In this document: piece after piece, positions 56,083 through 64,000 of the stretch
How the letters are laid out: each line of letters begins with the position of its first letter
Numbering within the stretch: the first letter of the stretch is position 1
Source of the DNA: Candidatus Acetothermia bacterium
GTDB lineage: Bacteria > Bipolaricaulota > Bipolaricaulia > RBG-16-55-9 > DRXL01
Direction: 5' to 3'
Length of the DNA: 64,000 nt
Assembly (NCBI GenBank): GCA_016179105.1
Contig: JACOSB010000035.1
Coordinates: 9,479 to 73,478 of the forward strand
Made by a program: the position numbers and the translations under genes
Notes under the pieces: generated by a model
Told to the model about the DNA's origin: nothing
The model's database searches: none
The model's input: only the letters and a program-made list of their open reading frames with translations

Positions 56083-56970
56083 GTGCGCACCCTTAAATTC
56101 TTATTCGTTGGGCTGGTACTCTTGGCCATCGGGGCCGGAAGCGCGCATTCCGTGCCAATCTGCTCCATTTCTTCGCTCCAAGCTCTCGTAGACAAGGCCG
56201 AGCCCGGTAGTACTGTGACGCTTACAGCCGGAATCTGTTCAGTCAATCTCGTAATCAACAAGAGCTTGACTTTGCGTGGAGCAAATTTCGAGAAAACGGT
56301 GCTCAAAGGCAGCCAGCCCGGCAAGCCAGTGCTCTACATTGAAAGCGAGAGCCCTATCAAAGTCATGGTGGAGAATCTGAGCCTAGTCGATGCTCCGAAA
56401 TTTTCAGCCGAGAGAGATTGCGCGATCTTCTATCCTGAGCTCATCTGCCCTTCTGGTTTTGAAGTCCGAGGCAAGGCTCATGCAACGCTACGTCACGCGC
56501 GCATCGCGGGAAACGCTTGGGTCGGGGTCTATGTCTTGGATGCTAGTCGTGCGATCGTGCAAGATGCAGAGATTCTGAACAACGGTTGGGGCGTGTATCT
56601 GAGCGGTGAGGCACAAATCTCAGTAGAAGACTCTCGTGTGCTGAATAATAAACAAGTCGGTATCGAAGCATGGGCTTCTGTGAGTGTGACTAATTCTAAA
56701 ATCTCGGGCAACGTCGATGGCATTAAAATTGTGCAAGGTAGCGCGAAGATCTTCAATAATGAGATCCGCGAAAATTCTGGGCACGGTTTACTGGCCACGA
56801 GCACCGTTAGTACGGAGATTCGAGGCAATCAAATCACCCAGAACGTAGGTTGGGGAATCACGGCCTGGCTGCGCCGCTGCGGGTTTTCGAATGATAGTTT
56901 TTCTGGTCAAGTCACTGCGATCGAGAACAAAGTAGAAGAGAATAAACAAGGCCAAGTCTGCCTACCTTAA
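56083..56970 (+). CDS. Secreted right-handed parallel beta-helix protein (paralog of 52513-53580)
   Basis: GTG 56083 after AAGGAG, signal peptide, LQALVD.A.PG..V.L..G, repeated I..N..G strands. Confidence 0.78.
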   Translation: MRTLKFLFVGLVLLAIGAGSAHSVPICSISSLQALVDKAEPGSTVTLTAGICSVNLVINKSLTLRGANFEKTVLKGSQPGKPVLYIESESPIKVMVENLSLVDAPKFSAERDCAIFYPELICPSGFEVRGKAHATLRHARIAGNAWVGVYVLDASRAIVQDAEILNNGWGVYLSGEAQISVEDSRVLNNKQVGIEAWASVSVTNSKISGNVDGIKIVQGSAKIFNNEIRENSGHGLLATSTVSTEIRGNQITQNVGWGITAWLRRCGFSNDSFSGQVTAIENKVEENKQGQVCLP

Positions 56971-58004
56971 GACTTTCCACACTGCAATACCATCCTCGCC
57001 CGCCGATGCGAGCAATTCCCCATCGGGCGAGAAGCTCAGGCCTTTGAGAGCGCGACGATGCCCTCTGTACGTATGCAAGAGCTGGCCATCACTCACGCGC
57101 CAAAGCTTGATCTCTCCAGCGCCGCCGGAGGCCATCAATTGTCCGTCAGGAGAAAACGTGAAACAGCAACCTTCATCCTGCGTGCATCCCTGTCCCTGTG
57201 TACACCCCGCAGAGGCCAGCCATCGATCGTCGGGTGAGAAAGCAAGCGTTTGCCAGCTAGAATATCCCGGCAGAGTGCGTATCTTTTGGCCATTCCTCAA
57301 ATCCCACATGCCGATTGCACGTTCGACACATATCAGCGGGCTTCCTAATTTTTCGCAATAGCTGACCGCCAGCCATTGACCGTTCGAGGAAAATGCCATC
57401 GCACGAAGTTCCCCATCCTGCCAGATCGTGCGCATTTTGCGGCCATCGGCGATGCGCCAGATCTTGATCTTGCTCTGAATACACTCACTCACCGCACCCA
57501 CTTCTTTTCTTGAACACGAGCTGAATGCTGCCATCTGGCCATCAGGTGAGAGCGCTGATGGAAACAAATCTCTCGGCACCCTCCAGCTATGAACGAGTGT
57601 GCCGTCCGCCACTTGCCAGACTTTTACAGTAAAGTCCGACCGACTGGATTGTGCAATAATTTCTCGGCTAAGTACGGTGAGCTGGCCAGTGGACGAGAAT
57701 CCCATATTCCTAACTTCAGCAAATCCATGCGTCCTTAAGACGTGCACAAGGCGGCCACTGGTGACGCGGTAGATGGCAACCTCTCCGAAGCCAGAGGTAC
57801 TTAACGCTAACCACTGTCCATCAGGAGAAAACGCCAATTGTGGAAACAATTGACCCAAAAAAAGTTAGGGCTGAGCCAGACCACATCTTGCAGCCAACCC
57901 TCGTCATCGGCTTCGATAGGAACGAAATCTTGTGCAAGCCAAATCAATATAAGAGCAGCCCCTGCGAGTCCGATGACAACGAGTCCAGCTTTCCACCAGC
58001 GCAT
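56962..58004 (-). pseudogene. Secreted WD40-repeat protein split by a frameshift at a T7 run (57857-57863)
   Basis: Signal-peptide ORF 58004-57807 overlaps WD40 ORF 57858-56962 (AFSPDGQ.LA, IKIW..ADG, GH...L..L.FSPDG). The frames join at AAC TTTTTTT GGG. Confidence 0.72.
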
Positions 58005-58126
58005 GACTCACTCCTCCTTCTCCCGATTGACCAGCTTACTGTATCTCTTGCTGCGCAATCCTATCATAAATCATAAGCGTCACGAAACCGTCACGGGAGG
58101 ATTGAAGATTGGGAGAGCGATAGAAG

Positions 58127-60757
58127 CTAACTGGCTGTCTTGCTCGTAATGCGTTCGTACATTCGTTGCAAGAATCGCTGGCGGTCTTCGGCTTTGATAA
58201 TATCCCCGTGTCCATGCATCAAGATGTGAACCGCAAACGGCGAGGGCGTCGCACTCGTCAGCCCTTCGATCTCAATCTTCCCAGATCGGATTTCTTCGAC
58301 GATCTTTTGTGCGCTCTCGACATCCATCGCATCTTCCATCACTTCGCGATACGCTTCTTTCAGAATGGGGAAATACTCGTCCATGCGCTCGACCGCGTGT
58401 TGCAAAATATGTGCTTTCATCTGCTGTCGGCCTACCGAAGCACGCCTACCCTTATAGTTCCGGAGAATCATCAGAGCGCGGCTGGCACAATGACGGAAGC
58501 GCCGCCGTAAAATTTCGCTCTCGCGCAACGCGTCTTCGAGCACCTCTCGGACGTCTCGCTCCTTGAGCAGGTCAAACGCTTCAATGACTTTCACTTTGCC
58601 TTCGTACGCCAGCGCGAACCCGTGGTCGGTGATGCAGACTTCGACATCGCGATCTTCGCGTCGCGCGATGATCCACGCCATGGCGCGACTCAACGCGTCG
58701 TTCACGCGCCGTCCCCAAAGCGCATGGAAGATCACCCACGTCTTTGGGCCGTCTTGGTAGAACTCAATCAGAATTTTTTGTCGGTGTGGGATTTTCGCAT
58801 AGTGGTCTTGTTCGTAAAAGTAGCGATAGAACGACTCGACGCCGCGCGCGTCGAGAGCCAATTGAGATCGAATGAATCCACGAATCTCGCCGGGCGGAGC
58901 GCCTTTAGCGAACATCTCAGCAAGCTCAGAACGCAATTCTTGAATCGAGAGAGCAAGTTCAAAACTCAAGGGCAGTTGCTCACTGAACCAACTTGGTACG
59001 TTGGGTCGCTCGCTGTAATCGGTCTCGACTTGAGCCGTCATCCCCCGCGAGAATCTGAATTTATAGGTCTGCCCGCCGAGCACGAACGTATCTTGCTTTT
59101 TCAATAGTTCGAGAAAAGCTTCTTCGATGTGGCCGATGCGCTGCTCGCCCATTTTTACGGTGATATAAGACTCATCGGGAATCGTGCCGACATTGGTCAT
59201 ATAGATGACGCGCGCCATTCGCCCGCGCTTACTGATCTGCCCCGTCTCACGATCGTAGTAAATCTTCGCATAAACGTTCCGGTCTTCGAGCGAGGTGTAC
59301 TCGCCGGCCAGATACTCTAAAACTTTCTCGAAGAGATCGCGCGGCAGCTCTGAAAAATTATAACTTCTCGTGACAATTTCATAGAGGTCATCAGCATACG
59401 TGTAATCATCCAGGAGCATTCCGAAAATCTGCTGAGCTAAGACATCCAGACAATTTTTTGGAATGTGAATCTTTTCGAGCTGGTGCTCGAACGCGCCCTT
59501 GAGCATCACGGCACACTCCACCAAATCGTCCTGATCGGTGACAAGCACGCGGCCCTTGATCGTCTCATGCAATTTGTGCCCCGATCGCCCGATGCGTTGC
59601 AGTGCCCGCGAGACGCCTTTGGGTGAGCCGAGCAGAATCACCAAATCTACGTAGCCAATATCGATTCCCAGTTCAAGCGAAGTAGAACTGACGACCACTT
59701 TCAGCTCCCCGCGCTTGAGACGCTGCTCAATGTCGAGCCTCAGTTCTTTCGAGAGCGAGCCATGGTGTGCGCCGATGACATTAAAATATTCTGGATACTT
59801 TTCTTTGAGCGTGTGCACAACCCACTCGGTCCCATGACGCGTGTTGGTGAAAATGAGAGTAGAACGATGCTGTTGGATGAGATCGTGCATCATCTTGAAG
59901 AGATTGCGTGTCAGCTCTTCGTGCGATGAATGAATAAAATCATCGACCGGGCTCAGCACTTTGAGGTCCAATCTCTTCTCAAAGCGCGCATCGATGATCG
60001 TGCAGTCGCGCCAAGGGTCTCTATCGGCTGAGAGAGGATCGAGCACTTTCCCATAGCGTTTTCCGACCAAGAAGCGCGCGATCTCTTCGAGCGGGCTGAT
60101 CGTCGCAGAGAGCCCGATGCGCACATAGTCCGTCCATTCTTGCAATCGTTCCAGTGAAAGCGAGAGATGCACGCCGCGCTTGTTCTCTGCGAGCGAGTGA
60201 ATCTCGTCGATAATCACCCATTGCACTTTCTTCAAATGCTGCGAGAATTGTTTCGAAGACTGCGCGATCGCGAACGACTCCGGCGTGGTGATCAGAATAT
60301 GCGGCGGCTCGCGCAGCATCTTCTCCTTCTGGGCGGCCGTGGTATCTCCCGTGCGAACCTCGACGCGAATCTTCAGATCTTGTCCCGTGATCGCTGCGAT
60401 TTCTGCGAGCGGCTCTTCCAAGTTGCGCTCGATGTCGTTGCCCAGCGCTTTGAGCGGAGAAATATAAACACAGTAGATTTTATTTTCGAGCTTGTTTTGC
60501 ACTGAGAGGTGGATCAACTCGTTGATAACTGAAAGAAACGCCGCGAGCGTCTTGCCCGAGCCCGTTGGGGCCGAGATCAGACAATTTTTATTCTCGTGAA
60601 TGACCGGGATCGCAAGGCGCTGGGGTGGGCTGAATTTCTGAAATTTTTCGGAAAACCAACGGTGAATCCACGGGTGAAGCAACGCGAAAATCTTTTCGTC
60701 GCTTATTTGTTTTTCTTCTTTTTCGGATCGTTCTTCTCGGGCATAGTTAAGGGGCAT
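58127..60757 (-). CDS. lhr: Lhr-family ATP-dependent helicase (short, core-only form)
   Basis: SAPTGSGKT, YISPLKALGNDI, RTGDT, ITTPES, IDEIH, IGLSAT, HHGSLS, SLELGIDIG, QRIGRSGH, LDVLAQ, GTIPD. Confidence 0.92.
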   Translation of the reverse strand: MPLNYAREERSEKEEKQISDEKIFALLHPWIHRWFSEKFQKFSPPQRLAIPVIHENKNCLISAPTGSGKTLAAFLSVINELIHLSVQNKLENKIYCVYISPLKALGNDIERNLEEPLAEIAAITGQDLKIRVEVRTGDTTAAQKEKMLREPPHILITTPESFAIAQSSKQFSQHLKKVQWVIIDEIHSLAENKRGVHLSLSLERLQEWTDYVRIGLSATISPLEEIARFLVGKRYGKVLDPLSADRDPWRDCTIIDARFEKRLDLKVLSPVDDFIHSSHEELTRNLFKMMHDLIQQHRSTLIFTNTRHGTEWVVHTLKEKYPEYFNVIGAHHGSLSKELRLDIEQRLKRGELKVVVSSTSLELGIDIGYVDLVILLGSPKGVSRALQRIGRSGHKLHETIKGRVLVTDQDDLVECAVMLKGAFEHQLEKIHIPKNCLDVLAQQIFGMLLDDYTYADDLYEIVTRSYNFSELPRDLFEKVLEYLAGEYTSLEDRNVYAKIYYDRETGQISKRGRMARVIYMTNVGTIPDESYITVKMGEQRIGHIEEAFLELLKKQDTFVLGGQTYKFRFSRGMTAQVETDYSERPNVPSWFSEQLPLSFELALSIQELRSELAEMFAKGAPPGEIRGFIRSQLALDARGVESFYRYFYEQDHYAKIPHRQKILIEFYQDGPKTWVIFHALWGRRVNDALSRAMAWIIARREDRDVEVCITDHGFALAYEGKVKVIEAFDLLKERDVREVLEDALRESEILRRRFRHCASRALMILRNYKGRRASVGRQQMKAHILQHAVERMDEYFPILKEAYREVMEDAMDVESAQKIVEEIRSGKIEIEGLTSATPSPFAVHILMHGHGDIIKAEDRQRFLQRMYERITSKTAS

Positions 60758-61152
60758 TTCTTATCCGGCAGCGGGTCGGGCAACTGTAGTATTTTGATGC
60801 CAACCTTGACCGTGCCGGGACCAATCATATCAAGTTCTTGGGCAGCTGCGTAGGAAAGATCGATAATCCGTGGCTCGACGAAAGGACCACAGTCGTTGAT
60901 GCGCACGACGACGCTCTTATTGTTGGAGAGATTGGTCACGCGCACAGTGGCCCCCAACGGAATCGTCTTATGCGCCGCCGTCAGTTTATACATATCGTAA
61001 ATCTCTTTCGTGCTCGTTTTTTTTCCGTGGAAGCCCGGCCCGTACCAGGAGGCGATGCCAACTTCATCGTATTGATGCGCCAAGCTGAACGCGATAATGT
61101 GCCCCGCCGTGATCGCGAAGAAGGCCAGCGAGAGAATTATAAATTCACGCAT
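60703..61152 (-). CDS. Septal ring lytic transglycosylase RlpA family protein
   Basis: GIASWYG..FHGKKT, TAAHKTIP, VRVTN, VVVRIND.GPF...RIIDLS..AA. Confidence 0.9.
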   Translation of the reverse strand: MREFIILSLAFFAITAGHIIAFSLAHQYDEVGIASWYGPGFHGKKTSTKEIYDMYKLTAAHKTIPLGATVRVTNLSNNKSVVVRINDCGPFVEPRIIDLSYAAAQELDMIGPGTVKVGIKILQLPDPLPDKKCPLTMPEKNDPKKKKNK

Positions 61153-61679
61153 GTCTTCCTAACTTTATGCTTTTTACGCCTGAAAGCGCTATGTATGCGG
61201 TCAATTAAAATGTGAATCATATTTGGCAACCAGAGCCCGCCGAGGAAGATCGCCAGCCAGTACCAATTATACCCATACGCATTTACTTGCCACTGCGGAA
61301 TCGCGAGCTCACGCCGTAATACATATTGGATCACAGCCCATACAGCGAGCACAATCATCGCTCCAATCAAAGACAAATAGGCCAGTCGCGTAAGCATCCC
61401 GAAAATGAGATTATGGCTGAGGCCCCGGTGCTTGAAAATCTTTGTGTAAGGAATCCAGACGAAACCGAGCACACCCCAATTGTTGCGCGCGCTGTTGTGA
61501 CGCAGATCAAGATCGGGGCTGAGCAATAGACTCGAAAGAAGATAGGCCCCCCCGAAGAGCGAGAACGCCTGCCACTGGTAGCGGAGCTCCAATAATGGGA
61601 AAACCCAGTACCAAAACCCGAACAATGCTACGGGAAATAAGAAAAGCTCAATGCGCAAATGTGTTCTGCCCGATGGCAT
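61137..61679 (-). CDS. DUF2227 family putative metal-binding membrane protein
   Basis: MPSGRTH start, LSPDLD, WG.L..VW.PY...F.HRG.SH, H...D. Confidence 0.85.
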   Translation of the reverse strand: MPSGRTHLRIELFLFPVALFGFWYWVFPLLELRYQWQAFSLFGGAYLLSSLLLSPDLDLRHNSARNNWGVLGFVWIPYTKIFKHRGLSHNLIFGMLTRLAYLSLIGAMIVLAVWAVIQYVLRRELAIPQWQVNAYGYNWYWLAIFLGGLWLPNMIHILIDRIHSAFRRKKHKVRKTCVNL

Positions 61680-61914
61680 GATTTATTGATAGCATCGAGT
61701 TTGCTCAGCAGCTAGGGCAGATGTCCTGAGCGCGTGTGTCGTTGGGAGCGAGGCGCGGTGATGAAGACTACTTTGGGATGCGTAATGCAACATTGAGCAT
61801 CACCACACGCTGTTTGCCCTAACTATCCAATTCTCTTATTTTTTGGATTCGTAGTAGGGACAACTGACCTTCCATTCCTTGCACTAGTTAAGTACGCTGG
61901 GGCGGTGAATCATT

Positions 61915-63384
61915 TTGGGGAAGATTGCATCGATTGCTGCGGCTTCCAAATCGCTCCGTGAGTTATTGAGTGGCGTTCGAATCAGAAAACAATCCGGTGA
62001 GTCGCGGGTCAACGTGAAAAAGATCGTCTTCGATTCACGAGAGGTCGAGCTCGGCAGCCTCTTCGTCGCCATCCCCGGCACGAAAATTGATGGGCATCAG
62101 TACATCGGAACAGTCATTGCCAAGGGAGCCGTCGCGATTGTTGGCGAGCGCGCGGATCTCTCTATTCCTACGAGCGTTGCCCATATCGTCGTCGAAGACA
62201 GCCGTCGCGCGTTGGCTGAGCTTGCTTGTTCTTTCTACAATTTCCCTACACAAGATCTATTCACGGTCGGAGTCACCGGCACCAACGGAAAGACATCGAT
62301 CACGTTCTTATCTCAGAGTGTGTTGGGTTTAGAGAAGACGGCTATCAGCAATACGGTCGTCAACGCGCTCCAGCACGGGATTGATTACACCACCCCGAAT
62401 GCACTGGACCTCCAACGATTCGCGCACGAAGCTTGTATACAACACAAAGAAAATTTCGTCATCGAAGTCTCCGCACACGCCCTCTCTCAAGAACGAGTGC
62501 ACGGGATTGACTTTGACGTCGCCATCTTCACGAACTTGACGCAAGATCACTTTGATTACTATGCCAGCTTTGAGCCCTATCTCCACGCCAAGCTCAGGCT
62601 ATTTCAATCACTGAAAAAGAATGCGACTGCACTCATCAATCACGATGATCCGTACTCAAAGCATTTTGTGAAAAGCACAAAAGCTCAGATCTTGGGGTAT
62701 GGGCTAAAACCAAGCTACGACGTGTGGGCCGATGAAATACAGATGAGCGCCGAGGGCAATCGCTTTGTTGCGCACACTCCCATTGGCCAAATACCCATAC
62801 GTTCTGCATTGCCGGGTGAGTTTTACGTTTACAATATTTTGGCAGCTATCGGAGTCGGTCTGGTGAAAGAGATTCCGTTAGATGAGATCAAAGCGGGCAT
62901 CGAGCGCGTCACGCATATCGAAGGCCGATTCGAGCGCTACAAGACCAGAGCTGGAGTTTCCGTTGTGATCGATTTCGCTCATTCACCCGACTCGCTGGAG
63001 AAAATGATAAGAACTCTAAAAAAATTTTATCCAAGAGTCTTGACAGTCTTCGGCTGCGGCGGAGAATCTGATCCCTACAAACGCCCGATCATGGGTGAAC
63101 TGAGTGGCCGCTTCGCGGACTTCACCATTATTACGAGCGACAACCCCAAGCACGAAGATCCGGAATTCATTGTGCATCAAATCGAAGCAGGAATTGCCAA
63201 GACGAATGCTGGGTACGAAGCCATAGTCGATCGACCGAAAGCTCTCTTGCGCGCTCTTGAATTAGCCAAGCCTGGAGACTGTGTCTTAATCGCGGGCAAG
63301 GGACACGAGCGCACGCAAATTTTCAGTGACCGCGAGATCGCGTTCAACGATCGGGAATTTTTGAGGGCGCGGGGAATTATTTGA
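61915..63384 (+). CDS. murE: UDP-N-acetylmuramoyl-L-alanyl-D-glutamate ligase (MurE)
   Basis: FDSR.V..G.LF.A..G...DGH, GVTGTNGKT, TTP, EVSAHAL.Q.R, FTNLTQDH.DY, V.IDFAHSPD, VFGCGG, TSDNPK, IAGKGHE. Confidence 0.9.
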   Translation: MGKIASIAAASKSLRELLSGVRIRKQSGESRVNVKKIVFDSREVELGSLFVAIPGTKIDGHQYIGTVIAKGAVAIVGERADLSIPTSVAHIVVEDSRRALAELACSFYNFPTQDLFTVGVTGTNGKTSITFLSQSVLGLEKTAISNTVVNALQHGIDYTTPNALDLQRFAHEACIQHKENFVIEVSAHALSQERVHGIDFDVAIFTNLTQDHFDYYASFEPYLHAKLRLFQSLKKNATALINHDDPYSKHFVKSTKAQILGYGLKPSYDVWADEIQMSAEGNRFVAHTPIGQIPIRSALPGEFYVYNILAAIGVGLVKEIPLDEIKAGIERVTHIEGRFERYKTRAGVSVVIDFAHSPDSLEKMIRTLKKFYPRVLTVFGCGGESDPYKRPIMGELSGRFADFTIITSDNPKHEDPEFIVHQIEAGIAKTNAGYEAIVDRPKALLRALELAKPGDCVLIAGKGHERTQIFSDREIAFNDREFLRARGII

Positions 63385-63389
63385 CGCCT

Positions 63390-63418
63390 TGTAGGGGCGA
63401 GGTCACCTCGCCCCTACA
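63390..63418. repeat. REP-like perfect palindrome, likely also a terminator between convergent genes
   Basis: TGTAGGGGCGAGGT-C-ACCTCGCCCCTACA, 14-bp arms with GTAG end. Confidence 0.75.
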
Positions 63419-63433
63419 GAGACAAAATATGCC

Positions 63434-64000
63434 CTACTGAATCCCGTAAACAACTTGCACGGAGACAGAGACACTCAGCTCGCCGCCCTCCACGGGCACA
63501 GCAGCTTGTGGAGCGGCAAAGGCTCTGTCCGCAGGTTGAGGTGCGCTGATGCCCGTCTCAACGATAGAAATCACAGGGCCGAGCTGAACCCCGGCAGCCT
63601 TCGCCAACTCCTGCGCTTTGGCCTGCGCATCGGCGACAGCCTTGGCCCTCGCTTGGCTTTGCAGTGGTCCCGCTTCGCTCACGCCAAACGAGATGCCTCC
63701 CACCGAGTTAGCCCCGGCTGCGATCGCTTGGTCGATCACATTTCCAACTTTGTCGAGTTGGCGAATCGTCGCGCGCACGCTGTTGGAGACGCGATAACCC
63801 GTGATGGGGCCGGGAACTCCACGGTCGAATGAGCGCTCCACCGAGACGTTAAAATTCACCGTCTGAATATCTTTGTCGGCGATGCCCAGTTCTTTGAGTT
63901 TAGCGATGACCGAGCTCATCAATCGGTTATTCTCGGCGAGCGCGGCCTGCAGCGTCGGCAAGAACGTCTCGACGCCAAACGTGGCTCGTGCGACGTCGGG
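63434..64000 (-). CDS. SIMPL (DUF541) domain protein, 5'-truncated by window edge
   Basis: Frame open to base 64000 (PDVARATFGVET...). GI...DIQT, Y.VSNSV, GAN.V.GI.F, A..KA..LA...G..LG, V.V.V.Y. Confidence 0.9.
   Translation of the reverse strand, partial: PDVARATFGVETFLPTLQAALAENNRLMSSVIAKLKELGIADKDIQTVNFNVSVERSFDRGVPGPITGYRVSNSVRATIRQLDKVGNVIDQAIAAGANSVGGISFGVSEAGPLQSQARAKAVADAQAKAQELAKAAGVQLGPVISIVETGISAPQPADRAFAAPQAAVPVEGGELSVSVSVQVVYGIQ

Noticed and set aside
61680-61914. Imperfect hairpin in the divergent DUF2227/murE intergenic region
   Set aside because: Pairing is modest and matches no known RNA motif. It is insufficient to call.

Overview
Bacterial chromosomal window with no rRNA, tRNA, CRISPR array or intact mobile element recognised. 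Sigma70 promoters, Shine-Dalgarno sites, murE, rlpA and lipoproteins make it bacterial. Several genes look archaeal in type, and the gene mix would fit Bipolaricaulota/Acetothermia-Fraserbacteria, but that is inference only. Housekeeping content: alaS, gltX-glnS, ruvA, ilvE, hflKC, a K+-independent H+-pyrophosphatase, a 2-oxoacid:ferredoxin oxidoreductase pair, M16/M42/M3 peptidases, Lhr, murE, and a complete his operon with an unannotated His-rich leader peptide and attenuator-like hairpin. The best candidate for an undescribed system is a minus-strand sulfur-handling cluster at 37.5-43.8 kb. It encodes a SelD-related protein, a structured leader with a Cys-tailed uORF, a Tat-exported beta-propeller with a CxxxCC tail, a Tat-exported rhodanese whose catalytic Cys is replaced by Ser, a YeeE/TsuA transporter, a TusA/YeeD carrier and an ATP-grasp ligase. 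The right third is rich in surface proteins: a giant protein with 12 exact-period 372-nt repeats and a membrane hairpin plus internal lipobox near its C-terminus, an ECF sigma/RskA locus with two matching promoter motifs, two paralogous beta-helix proteins, and two frameshifted genes (DM13, WD40). Product names rest on motif recognition by eye; no database search was run.
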